Assembly: GCF_000143415.4 (NCBI RefSeq)
Contig: NW_003314297.1
Coordinates: forward strand, 434,001-498,000
Reading direction: 5' to 3'
Source: Selaginella moellendorffii
Lineage: Eukaryota > Plantae > Lycopodiophyta
Length of the DNA stretch: 64,000 nucleotides
A model generated the notes under the pieces. The model did not search any database, was not told the origin of the DNA, and was given only the letters and a program-made list of their open reading frames with translations. How positions within the stretch are numbered: the first letter of the stretch is position 1; the number at the start of each line of letters is the position of its first letter. Below are positions 36,200-49,134 of the stretch, piece by piece. Both the position numbers and the translations under genes were made by a program.

Positions 36200-37800
36200 G
36201 GCAGGATTAATGTTAGCCTATCAATGGTTCCATGAGTTGTTCTTTATACCATGGGAAAAAGTAAATCTTCCCTGGGTTTGCTTCCCTAGGTTAAAAGTCC
36301 CTATCTTATTGCATGTTGAAAATGATGGTTTTATAAATGGTGAAGACTTGGGTTGCAATGCCCAATTCTTTTCCAAAAATCCTTGTTATTGCTCTTTGAA
36401 TAGCTTAGTATTGGATTAATTTTGAGTTTGGTGGAAAAAGAGTAGCATGAGCTTGTCCATATTATGAACAAAAGTTAGTGGTGTTGGGTGTTATAAATCT
36501 CTATCGATGGAGTATGGCATTTATGTTGCATTTGTCAAATCGAGTTAACACTTTATACTCACATAAACCTTTGAAGTAATGATATTGGCATTGCTCGTGG
36601 TGTTGCTTGATTGATGATCAAGACATTGTGATTTTTATATCATATCCATGTGATGATGAGTAATGTGTTTACGAAGTTGCTTGATTACACGATGATAAAC
36701 CCAAAAGTGATTGATGGCAAAGCTAGTCTACTTGTATAAAGTAGCATTGTAGTAGCTTTAACTAGATTCTCGATGGTGGTCCATTATGCTAAATTTAAGT
36801 TGGTACCTTGTTTCCGTAAGAGTTTGCCCATGCAGTGTTAGAAAGGGTTATAGCATTCATTTGTTATAGCTTGTCGGTTGATCTGTTAATACTTGGAGTA
36901 GATTGTTGGATGAAGAAGGTGTGAGGTTTGAAGCATTGACATTGCTAGCACTTGTGTTAGAGAAAAATGGCATTGTTTTTTTGAGTGATGAGGAATTTCT
37001 CCTTAAACCTTGATTTTCCATGTTATTTTTTTTATTAGTGTTTTGGCTTTACATTGGATCTTGAAGGTGATTAAAGAAGAGTGTTAGTGCAATATGGATA
37101 TCTGAAAATATGGTCCTCGTGATCAAACCTTAAATGTTCATTTTGCATTTTGCGGATATCAGTGTTAAATGTCACAAGTATAGGCAAAGATGTTTGATGC
37201 TTAAGCATGCTATTGGGTCATAAGAATTTGTGTTGAAGTGAACTTATATGAAGTTATGGGTAAAAAGAAGTTAATTAAGTCTTGAAAGTTTGCATTTTTA
37301 GACTAAGAGTCATTCTTTCTCTAGGATGGAAAAATTTCTACAAATTTTCTTAGACTTTTCTAATGGCTAATCTGTTGATCACTTTATTTGAAAACCATGC
37401 TGTTTTCATAAGCCAGTACAAACTAGTGAAAGAGTTGGAGTTGACTGTAGTTAGCTTAAACCTTAGTAAGTAGTTTGTAAGATGTAACCCAAAAAGGATG
37501 CTAACTTTTGGGGTTAAGGCAATTGAGTTGGATAGTGTTTGGAGTTGTTATAAAAAAGTGGTTGTTGTGCTTTTCTAGAAAAATGACCCTTGTGCCTTTC
37601 TTTTATAGTGTTATGTTTAGTGGCAGGTTGCACTTTTCATTTCATTAGACTCTATGAGAGTAGTGAGCTCTCATTGATCTTGACTTGGTCTTAGTAGCTC
37701 TACACCTTAGCTGAGGATAGTAATGTCCAACTTAGTTGTTTGAGGTTAAAATGTTGGTACCCATATTATAGCTTTGTCTATGAGGAGGTTGTGTACCAAT
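36200..37800 (-). mobile_element. Heavily decayed Ty3/gypsy pol
   Basis: Traces such as PLTPK.LASFLG (~37480-37520) and RPSQ (~37680). Boundaries are uncertain. Confidence 0.4.
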
Positions 37801-38639
37801 ATGAATCCATCTCGTGGTCTTCACTTTAGTTTTGGCTAAGTGTTGATCATGCATAGCTAGCCTCATCAATGTATGTTCAGAATTGTTAACTAAATGCATT
37901 AGTGAGCTTATTGTAGTTGAGTTAGATTCAAGTGGTCATTTAGTTTGTGTTTGTCTATGTTATTTTGTACCTGGGATATTATGTTCATATTGGACAAGTA
38001 TATAACTCGATGACATGAGTTTAATATTTGGGTCTTGTGAAGGCAAGTTGAAGGGTGATTGTTAGTTGCTTTGTGATTAGTGATTACCTATAAACTTCAT
38101 CGAAGACTATTGACACTTGCTTCACTCGATGAAGATTTAGCAATGATAGACTTGTTTTACCAGATGGTGTTACGAAGGATCATGTCATTAAACTTACATG
38201 GGTTTTCTATGTTGGCATGTCAACTCTACTTCTGTCAATATCATTTTGTTGCATTTAGTTCGTAATATTAGATTTCATTGAGTCTTGGATGTGGTGATTC
38301 ACTCCTTGAGGAAGTGTTATCTGTAACTGAGTTTTGTTGAAGATTTGGTCTTAGATACTCTCTTCATCAACCACTTGAGATGGCTCAATTTAAGGGTGGT
38401 GTTTTAGAGCAAAATGATACTCAACATCAGACCTGTAAGAGCATTTTGCTCCAAGGTCCATACCAACTTCTTTCAGTAAAGGAAAAACGATACTTTGAGC
38501 AAATGGTCTTCATGTCACCAATAGAAGCCCATGGAGTATATTTCATAGATGTGTTATGGACCACTTCCTTCACTACAGTTGCTACTATTCATGTTGGTGG
38601 AGTCATTATCTTCTTCATCTGATCATGTAACATCTCAAA

Positions 38640-40400
38640 CAAAGGTCCTATTTCTATATATCTTCTTTTTTCACATGCCAAGGCTTTTGAAAACTACTCT
38701 ATAGCACATATCAAATCTGATAGATGTGATCTATATATATTTATATTCCTTTTCCCTACCTTAGAGGAACATTAGCTCCAATGCTTACTCTTTGAGAGAT
38801 TCATAATTAGGGTGTATACAAGATTCTCAAGTGGTTGGTCCTAATGAAAAAGATGATATTAAAAGGTAATAAAAAGAGAAGAAAAAAGAAAAAATAACTT
38901 AAAAAGAGTGATGTCCCCATTAAAACATCCTAACTTTCCACCACCCCAACCACGACTTAAGTTGTGGTAAACAACTTATATCTTATATAGCCATCTTCAC
39001 ACCACCATATTTGAGTTTTATTTGTTTTTGCCTCATGCTCTTCTTCAGAAGTGCAACCTAAAATTATTTGTACAACTTCTTAAATGCTAATTGCAAACCT
39101 AACTTAATAAAGTGGTTATGTTGGTTTAGGCTCTAACTCCGATCAACTCACAAGTCTTCTCACAACCTTTTAGGGGTAAACATTTCCAAAACTACCCAGA
39201 TGCCATTTTATTAGCCCTAGCCCATCTACTTGAAACACAAAGCTAGCAAGTTTACCAATCCGCTTCAGTACAATATGGGATAGGGACTTCCAAAATATTT
39301 CTTGAGCCATCTGGTCTTATACTTTAAACTCTATTATTGCAATTATCATGTTGGAATATAGTCTATGGAAAGGGCAATACTTAAAACCATATTAAGACAG
39401 TGAGAAAGAATAACTACCTCATATCATATACATAAGCTCCCATGGTTGTCCAACCCGATACCCACTCTATATGGTCAAAATATACCCATGCATTAGCAAG
39501 GTCATTCGACCCAAACATATCCATTTATGAGAGAAGATCTATACTAGAGGTAAGGCATATGGTAAATATTTTGAAGACAAAGAGGTGCTCCTGATGACTT
39601 GATCTAGAAATAAACTCCCATAGATAAACTTGTAGGGATAGGTTTGTTTTAGTTCAAAGTCAATTTTTTACAGGAATTTCTCCTCTCGAGATTCACACAT
39701 CTAAGATTTTATCCTAAATAAAACAAAATGTAAGAGAGATATTATTGAAAGTAAACGCTAATTGTAGGTTGTATGTATCATAGTAACTCCCACAAGCTAT
39801 CTTTGTCTAGTTAAGAGCATATTCAAAAGATAGTGTTGAAAGATTTTATTGCAAGCATCCTACTCGATCTAGGTTGCAAGAAGATCAGAGTTGTATATGA
39901 GTTTCTCACAATCTCTATTTGCATTGCATCTTTGAAATGATTGATTGAAATTCTTTATATCCCTTCCTGCATTGGATGTGTGTGCGTGCCAATATGTATT
40001 ATAGCTCTACTAGCCTGAATCCAATACCATTGGTGTCATGGATGGTAGGATTGATTTCACATCCTTCAAAAAATATAGAGTTTTTACTGCACTCTCAATT
40101 GCATGCTCATTTATACAATCCAAATACCCACCACAATAAACCATAGATAGTATGCCTTCGAAATGATAGAAATGTATAGTTTTGATTTTGCACCAATTGT
40201 GGACATCCTGCTTGGTCTCCATCCCCTTTTATTTCGAGTTGACAAAAGGTGGTAGTTCAAAAAAAATGTTGCCATTGTTTATGGATGGGAGCTTGCTAAT
40301 ATGCTTATGTAGAAATGAGTGCATGTCGATAAAGAGGTGGGAAAACTGAAAAGTATTGCAAACAATTTTGAATATTAGTGAAGTTCGAGTTGGCAGATTC
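38640..40400 (-). mobile_element. Mutator-like DDE transposase remnant C, the most complete copy, with introns
   Basis: LPSINNGNIFFELP..KGMETKQDVHNWCK..YCGGYLDC; DLANAWVYFDHIEWVSGWTT (FDH 39471-39479, first D); IAIIEFKV.DQMAQEIFWKSL; FQVDG (second D); EKTCE..(H)WS.SL (CxxH-like, frameshifted); WLGWWKVR..WG; MNLS(E>K)SKH (E position). Confidence 0.72.
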
Positions 40401-42448
40401 TAGGCTATCACTAAACTAGCATCTTCACTAAAACTAGAAAAAGAGGAAATGATGATAATTGACTCTTACTTCACATTTGTTTTGGCATGATCGCAACCTC
40501 AAACTTTAATTGGAGATCCAAAACCTCAAATCTCTTTAGACTTGGAATGTTCTAAATCCTAATATTGTCCACCTTCACCCACACTTGAAAGAAGAAACTC
40601 CAATTGTTCAATTACACTAGTATTGTTGTGAATTATAGCTCCAATGAAACAGAACCAAAAAACAGATCAAAATATCTGTAAAAAAAACTTTCTAAAAAAA
40701 ACTTTGGGAGAAAGAAAGTGGTAATGTAAAAGAAAGCTCTCCATTTTATTGCCTTTAGGTTTTGGAAGTTTAAGCTTTTATGATAAGATCTATCAAAAGT
40801 ATAAAAAGACTATGTTGTTATACAATATTAAAATTTTATATTGTCTTCCAATTTTTATACCAGATTCAAAAACATGCTTAAAGTTATCATATAGAGTATT
40901 TAAAGTTAGAATGAAAAGAAATATCACCTCAAATGTGTATCATTACTAATATGTCATTATGTGAAAAGTAAGCATGATTTTATACTAGGATCTACCATCA
41001 ATTAACGTTTTTATAATAAAGTCTTTATGAAGTATAGAGGACTATGTTATACAATATTAAAAGTCTGTATACATCAAATTCAAAAACATGCTTAAAGTTA
41101 TTATGTAAACTAACTTTCGGCAAAACGGAAAGAAATATCACCTCAAACATGCACCATAATGTGAAAGATAGGAATGATTTTATTCTAGAATCTACCATTG
41201 ATCAACTGTTGCCAAAAAAATTAAATATTGTACATATTTTTAGTACTTCATCACATTCTTTTGAACTAATTTAAATATATTCCATCTATGTACTACCATC
41301 TATCACCTATAGTAAATTATCTATCATATTACTTTGGAAATAACACTTTATGATTTTAAGAATTAGAATCTTATATTTTATAACAAGATTCTATGACATG
41401 CAAGAAAACACATAATTCTTATTTATAATTTCATACTACTATCAATTCCATACATACCATGGCATAGTCATATTATAGCACACCTCTATTATTAGGTTAT
41501 AACTTAAAAGGACTTTGTCACATGATCAAATCTGGGACAGAGTAGAAATTGTAGATTGCTAACAAATAATTGTAGAAAGAAATGCACATATGAGATTTAC
41601 TACATCCACAATGAACGGCTGTGATGAAAGTTAGGTTAAAGTTAAGGTAACCACTAGTATTAGGGTTTTTACAAAAAGTAAAGTGGAAAATTGACCCAGT
41701 GGGATCCATCAACATCAAGAATAATGCCACCAAGAGTAAATCAATTTTTTTTTCCTCCTCTCCCTTGTAGTGCAACCTCAATTTGCAACACTTCCAACGA
41801 ACTGCCACCTCCACACTCACCACATGAACTGGGCTGCACATTGCTACTGCACAAGAACAAGTAGGTTGGGCCAAGCACCACCCTGCACTGACAAGCAAGG
41901 CCACCCCCATATTGTGCTGCATAGACCAGGCCCATACACCTCATCCACGGCAACACCGAGCCCCACAGTACATTATCATACCGTGCGTGGGTGCTGGTGG
42001 GCTGTATGCTGTCTTGGCCCACAGTGGATCGGCTCAGCCAGGACAGCATACCATGCAGCACATATGGGCCTCAGTGCCATGCCACATATAGTGGATGGGT
42101 TGCAAGTGGGTGGACAGACTAGCATGGTGTGCTATATGGAACTCTCTAAAGAGTTGCTAAAAGGATAGTTGGAGTCAATTATAATTTCCTATTTATTTGA
42201 ATTTGATTTGATAGAGCCTTTTCCACAGTTAACTGCTAGCAATGAGTATGTCATAATTGCTTCCAAGCACTTGACTCACTAAATGGAAGTTAGTGCTCTT
42301 ACTAATATATCAACGACTGCTATTAGGTACTTTCTCTTCAATTAAGCGGTGTTCTAACATTCTTTTCTAGAGTGAATTCTTTTGGATAATGATCCTATAT
42401 TTATAGATGAGGCATTTCACATTTTAACATCTCTATTGAGGATATGTC

Positions 42449-42629
42449 TATAACCAACTAAAGGGAACAAGTCAAAAGTTTAAATATAAAAGGAAAGGGC
42501 CCATAAATAAAAGCACACCCCTTTTTTCAATTGGTTAAAAGTTTTAAAATACTTAGAGTTAAATGTCCTTGGGTTTGAATAATATTGAGTTGGGTGAGCT
42601 CCCAAAAAGTTTAAATTCAAGAGCTTATA
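42449..42629 (+). mobile_element. Decayed solo Cassandra LTR inside an integrase remnant (~42200-42660)
   Basis: Reverse-complement match to 13227-13420 (AAATATAAA.GGAAAGGGCCCAT.AATAA; GTTAA.TGTCCTTGGGTTTGAATAATA). Confidence 0.75.
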
Positions 42630-43493
42630 ATACTACACTTTCTTATCATCTATGAAATTGGTTTTAATTTAGACCACTCACTCTTGTATACAATTGATAT
42701 ATACATTTTTATATTCCCTTTCCATATTTCATGCACTCACAACTGCTATTAAGCATACTAAACATTACTCAACACACAACAAATTATTTATACTTTGTTT
42801 ATGGTTTATATCTTTATTTCAGTCAAAGCTCAAGACACCAAGATGAAGAAATTTGAGATCATCTTTAGGGGCTGATTTTCCAACATGAGGTAAGGTCTCA
42901 TTTATTATCTTCTGTGCACATATTAAGGTGGCTGTGGTATTGTTCACACAAAGTGTTAGATGACTCTAAAAGTAGTGGACAATAACTTTTGGTACTTTGG
43001 CTATAGAGATTCCAGTCCTGTCATGCTTGCAGAATTGCAAAGGGTTCATGGATGACTTTGGACCCTGGTTCCATTGTTGTTCAGAGATTTTGCTCGAGGT
43101 GGCGTCTGGGCTCTGCACAACATTGATACTGGTGCACTTATTTGTCCTTGCAGGTGTTTCATATCATTGACAGGGACACCTGTGGCTGCTGTGGTGATTC
43201 CTACAGTAGATCAAGACAGGCTACTGCATATTCAAAATCAAGATTGCAAATTTTGAGAGATTGGTAAGTTTATGTGTGTGTGTGGATGTGACAGAGATGA
43301 CTATCTACTATTTGCCAGATGCAGAGATGGAATTATGTGTTCAGACCTAGCAAAGCAAAACCCTCTTTCTTATGTTTTTGCAGGTGGTGGGTATCATTTC
43401 AACTTTGCATCATGTCTCTTTACAAAGATACTCTCCTGAAAATTAATATTTTTCCAACAATTGCAGCTGCTATCCAGCAGTTCAAATGATGTT

Positions 43494-43678
43494 CAAATGA
43501 TGTTCCCTGTGATAGCTACACCAGATCAGGAATGAAGCAAGAAGCAAAGAGCAGGAATGCACTTCATTTTCTTTGATTGGGTCCAAATGATGTTCCCCTG
43601 TGATAGCTACACCGGATCAAGAATAAAGCAAGGAGCAAGGAGCAGGAATGCACTTCATTTTGTCTGATTGGGTCCAAA
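43494..43678 (+). repeat. Tandem duplication of a ~90-bp unit with C/D-box-like motifs
   Basis: Two near-identical units. Unit 2 reads CCAA-ATGATGT...CTGA-TTGG. Confidence 0.8.
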
Positions 43679-43996
43679 CTTAATCAATTGTTGCTTGACC
43701 CATTCTTCAGGCTAAAGTCCTATAGCATGTAAAGCTAGACTTTTTTCTTGCAAAAGTTGTCAACATATTTTCTTTTCCAGATGTGGAATTTAAGAGTATA
43801 TACCAGGTTCTTTTGCACTAACCAGAAGCCACTACCCTCCATCAAGTAGAGGTGAACTCACATTTAGGAACATGGAGAGGACCAAACTTCTGTTAGTTAT
43901 AAACTGTGTCAACAGTCCAGTAGTTATGTCAAATTATTATTGATAACTCTTTTTTCCTTTTTTGACAGCCCCTAATGTCTTTAGGATTTAGGGCCC

Positions 43997-46900
43997 ATGG
44001 GCAACAAGCTAGCTCGCACGACGCAGGCGTCCCCGACGGAGTACTACCTCAACGATCTCCCATCGGAGTTCAATCTGGTGCTCAAGGAGGTGATCGGCAA
44101 GAGCGAGCGATTCTTCAAGGCGATCCTCTGCGTGCACGACGAAGGTCTGCTGCTCGTCAAGGTGTATTTCAAGCGCGGCGACGTCCTCGACCTCAGGGTA
44201 ATCCTCTCTCTCGCGCAATGCCACTGTCGATCGGCTGTGGTTTGATTCTCGCAGGAACACGCGCGCAAGCTCAATGAGATCCGGGAGCAGTTTCGAAATG
44301 TCGAGAATTCGCATGTCTGGCCATTCCAGGTAGGGATTCTCCTTGTCTTTCTTTGAAGCACTCTTCTTTGTTTTTCTCTTGTACTTTCTAGCGCTGGCAC
44401 GAGACGGACAAGGCAGCTTATTTGCTCCGGCAATACTTCTTTAGCAATTTGCACGAGAGGCTTAGCACTCGTCCCTTCCTCAGCACGATCCAAAAGAAAT
44501 GGCTAGCATTCCAGGTAGAGATCTCGGGCAAAAAAATTCTCTATGACTGACGATATGATTTCTATAGTTGCTACATGCAGTAAAACAAAGTCATGATCGC
44601 GGTGTATGCCACGGTGAGTCTCTGGCTTCGCCCTTGTTTTCCTTTTTTCTTTGGTCGTTTTTTTTTGCTTGTGGTGAGCTTTGGAATTCATGCAGGAGAT
44701 ATCAAGTGCGAGAACGTATTGGTAACGTCTTGGAACTGGATATACCTTACAGACTTTGCCTCTTTCAAACCAACCTATATCCCAGATGACAATCCGGCGG
44801 ATTTTTCATTCTTTTTCGACACTGGAGGCCGTAGGCGATGTTATTTAGCTCCAGAGGTACTTTTGTTTCTTTCTTACGTGGTTACTGGTCGTGACATTAT
44901 CATTGTAGCGTTTCTATGATCCGAAAACCGAGTCACCCGTGTCGCCAGGAGGACCGCTCACGCCTTCAATGGATATGTTCTCTCTCGGGTATGTCAAATA
45001 TGTTTCCTTGAATCTTTTACATTTTTGTGACGTTTTATCAGTTGCGTTATTGCTGAGCTTTTTCTCGAAGGACAGGCTCTATTCGATCTCTCGCAACTTC
45101 TCGGATATCGTAAGAGACTTTACGATCCGTTGCCGTCTTTGGAGAAGGTTCGGCTATTTTGTGGCTCTAAATGCTTCTGTTTTATACGAAGTTTATTGAT
45201 GGTTACAGATCTCAGACACTGGAATCAAGAATATGATATTGCAAATGATTCACATAGTTCCCGAGTCTCGGCTTTCTTGTGACGATTACTTGGAAACATG
45301 GGCTTACGACGTGTTTCCCAGCTATTTTTCTCCAGCTTTGCACAACCTGTTTTCTTGCTTAACTCGGACTATGGATCTGGAGAGCGATTCAAGGGTAAAT
45401 TTACGTTTCTTTCTTCGTTCGTGCTCACTCTTCTCAAACCAGGTTGCACTTATTCAAAGTTCATTTTCCGAAATTCGAAGTTTGATGATTCGCGATGCCA
45501 AAGACAAAAGTTTTTCTGCCGACTGCCTAGATAAGGAGCTTCGAATAACTTCACCATCACCGCCTTTGCAAAGAAAATCTCGTTCTTCTCATGCTCAAAC
45601 ACAGCATGACTTGCTGACTGACATCAATCTGCTGTTGAAAGAAAGCAAGTCCTCGATTCAGCAGACAAAGCATCAGTCAGATTCAAGCGTTTCCGACCGT
45701 TTTACCTGTTCTTATCGACTGAAAGCGGCAGCTGTGAAAATGGCAGAAGTGGCACCAAAGCACGACGAAGAGGTACCGGGTTTAATTTTTTATCATTTTC
45801 AATTGTTTGCAAAGATTTTAAAAGTTTCTTGCCGTTTGCAGTTCAAAGAAGAAATTAGGAAATCCAAGGCACCCACTCACGAGGGAATGGTTCTTATTGC
45901 GTCTGCACTTTGTGCTTGTTTGCGGCACGTAAAACTTCCTTTTGCAAGACGAGCAGCTGTGCAACTTCTGTACAATGCTTCTGTGCTTTGCGACGACGAC
46001 GCACGGCTGCAGCTCATTGTTCCGTTTGTGGCTGCGCTTTTGTCTGATTCAGCTGCTATTGTCCGCTGTGCCGCGCTGCAGACGCTTTGCAACGTTCTAT
46101 CCATGGTTCAGACTTTCTCTCCGAGTGACGCCAAGGTATTTCCAGAATATATATTTCCGCTGCTGTCCATGTTACCCGATGATCCAGAAGAAAGCGTACG
46201 TATCTGTTATGCCGACTGCATCCACAAAATAGCGGGCACAGCTTACAGGTTTTTGGTTTCACAAAGTTCCGAGGGTGGTGGTGAGGAACTTAACGAGAAG
46301 TCACGCTCGGCTGGTTTTACTACAGAGTTGGCGCAGCTCCGTGAGACTATAGGACGTATTATTCATGACTTGGTTATGGGCCAGAAGCAGACGCCAACCA
46401 TAAGGCGTGCTCTCCTGGAGCATATCGCGCCGTTATGCGAGTTTTTCGGAAAGAAGCAGTGCAACGACTTCCTCCTGCCAGTTTTGCCAGCGTTTCTAAA
46501 CGATCGCGACAAGCAACTGCGGGCGCTTTTCTTCGAACAGATTGTTCACGTCTGCATCTTTGTTGGCGAGGTCAGCTCCGAAGCCTACTTACTTCCGTAC
46601 CTCGAGCAGGCACTGAGCAACGTAGAGGAGCCCGTTATTGTCAACGCTTTGGAATGCTTGGCCGCTCTCTGTGTTTATAAGCTGCTGAAGAAGAGAGTTC
46701 TCTTGAAGACTGTGGAGCGAGCCTCCCCACTGCTTTGCCACCCAAGCCAGTGGGTGCGAAGAGCAGCCATCACGTTAGTTGCTGCCAGCGGCTCCAACCT
46801 TTCTGGAGCAGATGCTCACGCGTACCTGATACCGCTTCTACTGCCGTTTCTCAGACGGGAGCCACTGTCGATATCTTCTGAAGCAGCGCTTCTGGCATGT

Positions 46901-48903
46901 CTCAAGCCACCGGTTTCTCGTGACGTCTTTCAACGCGTTTTGAGCAACGTGATGCTGACTTCAAATTCAACAGAGGCTGCAACAGAGCGGCCTAAGCCTC
47001 GTCAACGAGTTCCCGATGCAACTTTTGGTCATGGCAGAACTCCGATGATGAAGATACCACTACAAAGGAACGTCCCCGACTTTGAAGATGGTGAGAAGCT
47101 CAAAGCTATGGAGGGATACATTCGAAACTTGTCTAGCACGATGCACAGCTGGGATTTGGAGAATCCAGAGAAGATGGATGCTTCGGCAACCGGCGCAGGG
47201 TTCTTCTCAAACTTTGATGTTGCAACGGACAGTATTCCGCTGTATTCTCGTCCGCCAACTGATAGAAGGTTGGACAACTCGGGTAATGAGGAGTGGAGCC
47301 GGATCTACCGTCAGCCTATGGACACTCTCGCGTACTCGCAGTCTGATATGATGCAGAAATCTATGATGCAGAAGTCTATCATCGCTATTCCATCAAAGTT
47401 CACAGGGTCCATTTACGGGAGAACTCCTTCACATGAAACAAGCACCGAGCCCGCATTCGATGCTTTCAACAAGTTCTTGAAGTCCAGCGCTAGCTCAGAC
47501 AGCAGGTGGAGACCACGCGGTGTGTTGGTCTCGCATTTGCATGAGCACCAACGAGCAGTAAATCAAGTGGCGGTTTCTTCGGACAACAGCTTCTTCACGA
47601 GTGCGTCGGACGACGGGACTGTCAAAGTGTGGGACTGCCGCCGCTTGGAGAGAAGTACCTCTTTCAGATCGAAGTTGACGTACTCCTTTGGGCAGAACGA
47701 GCGCGTCCTTTGCTTGGCGATGCTAAGCCCGGATCAACAGGTTGCGGCAGCGTCGAGTGGTGGAGAGATTCGCGTGTTATGCGTAGACTACATCGCACGG
47801 GAGGGCAATGTTCCGGAGCGGTACTCTGGCATCTCAAACGTCCGGAGGACAGACGCGCAGGAAGGCTCGGTTCTAGCTTTGCAGGCTTTCGGGGGTATGC
47901 TTCTATACAGCACTCAGAAGAATGGACTTCACCTGTGGGACTTTAGAGAACAGCGGGACGCCTGGCTGCTAAAGGCAAAACCGGAGCAAGGCTACGTTTC
48001 CGCTTTAGCTGCCGATCCTTCTCGCAACTGGCTAGTGTCGGGAACATCCCGCGGTGTTCTAACACTCTGGGACTTGAGGTTCCAAGTTCAGGTTCACTCG
48101 TGGCAGCTTCCGTCTTGCCACCCTGTGGAGGCTATGTGTGTTCCCGTTGGCTCCTCGCTTCCTCGACCTTTTGTTTACGTTGCTGCTGGCCGGAACGAGG
48201 TTGCTGTTTGGAACGTGGAAAACGGGAACTGCCAACAGGTACTTCGCTAATCTCGTCCTTGTTCTTTTGTTCACGCTTTGGAGTTTTGCAGATTTTAAAG
48301 TCAGGCGTGCAGTCCAACGGGACAAGCTTCGTTGCAAATCTCCAACCGTGGGGCCGAAGGACAGGCCCAAAGCAGCAACACCAGGAAGCATCCAAGCTCT
48401 CGGACTACAAAGTCGAGGAGCTGAGCGATCCTCCTCCGAGGATTCCAGGCGTTCGAGCTTTGCTACCGACAACGGCAGGAGCCTCGGTTATAACTGGAGG
48501 GACCGACTGTAGAATTCGTTTGTGGGATCACTTGAGGTTCGTGGTTTCTCTTCAATTTGCTTTGCTCTACAAACTATGACAACTGTGTGGATTGGATTTG
48601 CAGGCCGGAGGCTAGCTACTGCATCTGCGGTCCTACAGTGAAGAACGCTCCTCCTTTCCGGTATTCCTCCAAAACCGTTTGTGGACTACACATCACTCAG
48701 GTACTGTAGGAAAAGGTTTGAGGATTTGTCTCGATTGATGGAGGTAATGGCAGGAATCGATGCACGAAAATGTGCAAAGCGAGGTCGCCTTGGCTGCGGT
48801 TGATATGGCTGGGTGTCACCGAGACTCCATTACCAGCTTGGCTGCGGCTAGTCAGCTGCTAATATCGAGTAGTAGAGATGGTACGATCAAAGTATGGAAG
48901 TAA
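43997..48903 (+). CDS. VPS15: Phosphoinositide 3-kinase regulatory subunit 4 / Vps15 (pseudokinase-HEAT-WD40), multi-exon
   Basis: N-terminus [22 protein letters not shown] (myristoylation Gly), [35 protein letters not shown] repeats, [16 protein letters not shown]40, end [11 protein letters not shown]. First intron 44198-44254. Confidence 0.97.
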
Positions 48904-49134
48904 AGCTTATTAGTTTTCAATTCCACCGTACAAACTGTTCCACTGCCATAGCGTGAATGGAAATCTAAAATCTAACACACAACTTGGACCTTATTCCAGT
49001 TCCAACTTAGCTAAAGGCAACATAAATACGAACTACTTAGCTAAAGGCAACATAAATCTGACCTGAAATATAATTTGTTCTTTTAACCTTGCTTCTTTGC
49101 TCACACTTAAGATTCACATTCCAGTTTTCGAGAT

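Noticed and set aside
8620-40400. TIR/TSD boundaries for the MULE remnants
   Set aside because: None could be identified by eye, so element limits are not claimed.
40790-41210. AT-rich ~230-bp tandem duplication (also 12958-13100 and a ~37-bp repeat in a DWF1 intron at ~56233-56310)
   Set aside because: Ordinary local duplications with no further structure.
45233-48250. 1005-aa ORF as a standalone single-exon gene
   Set aside because: It is part of VPS15 and reads through in-frame introns (e.g. ~45395-45442, ~45773-45841).
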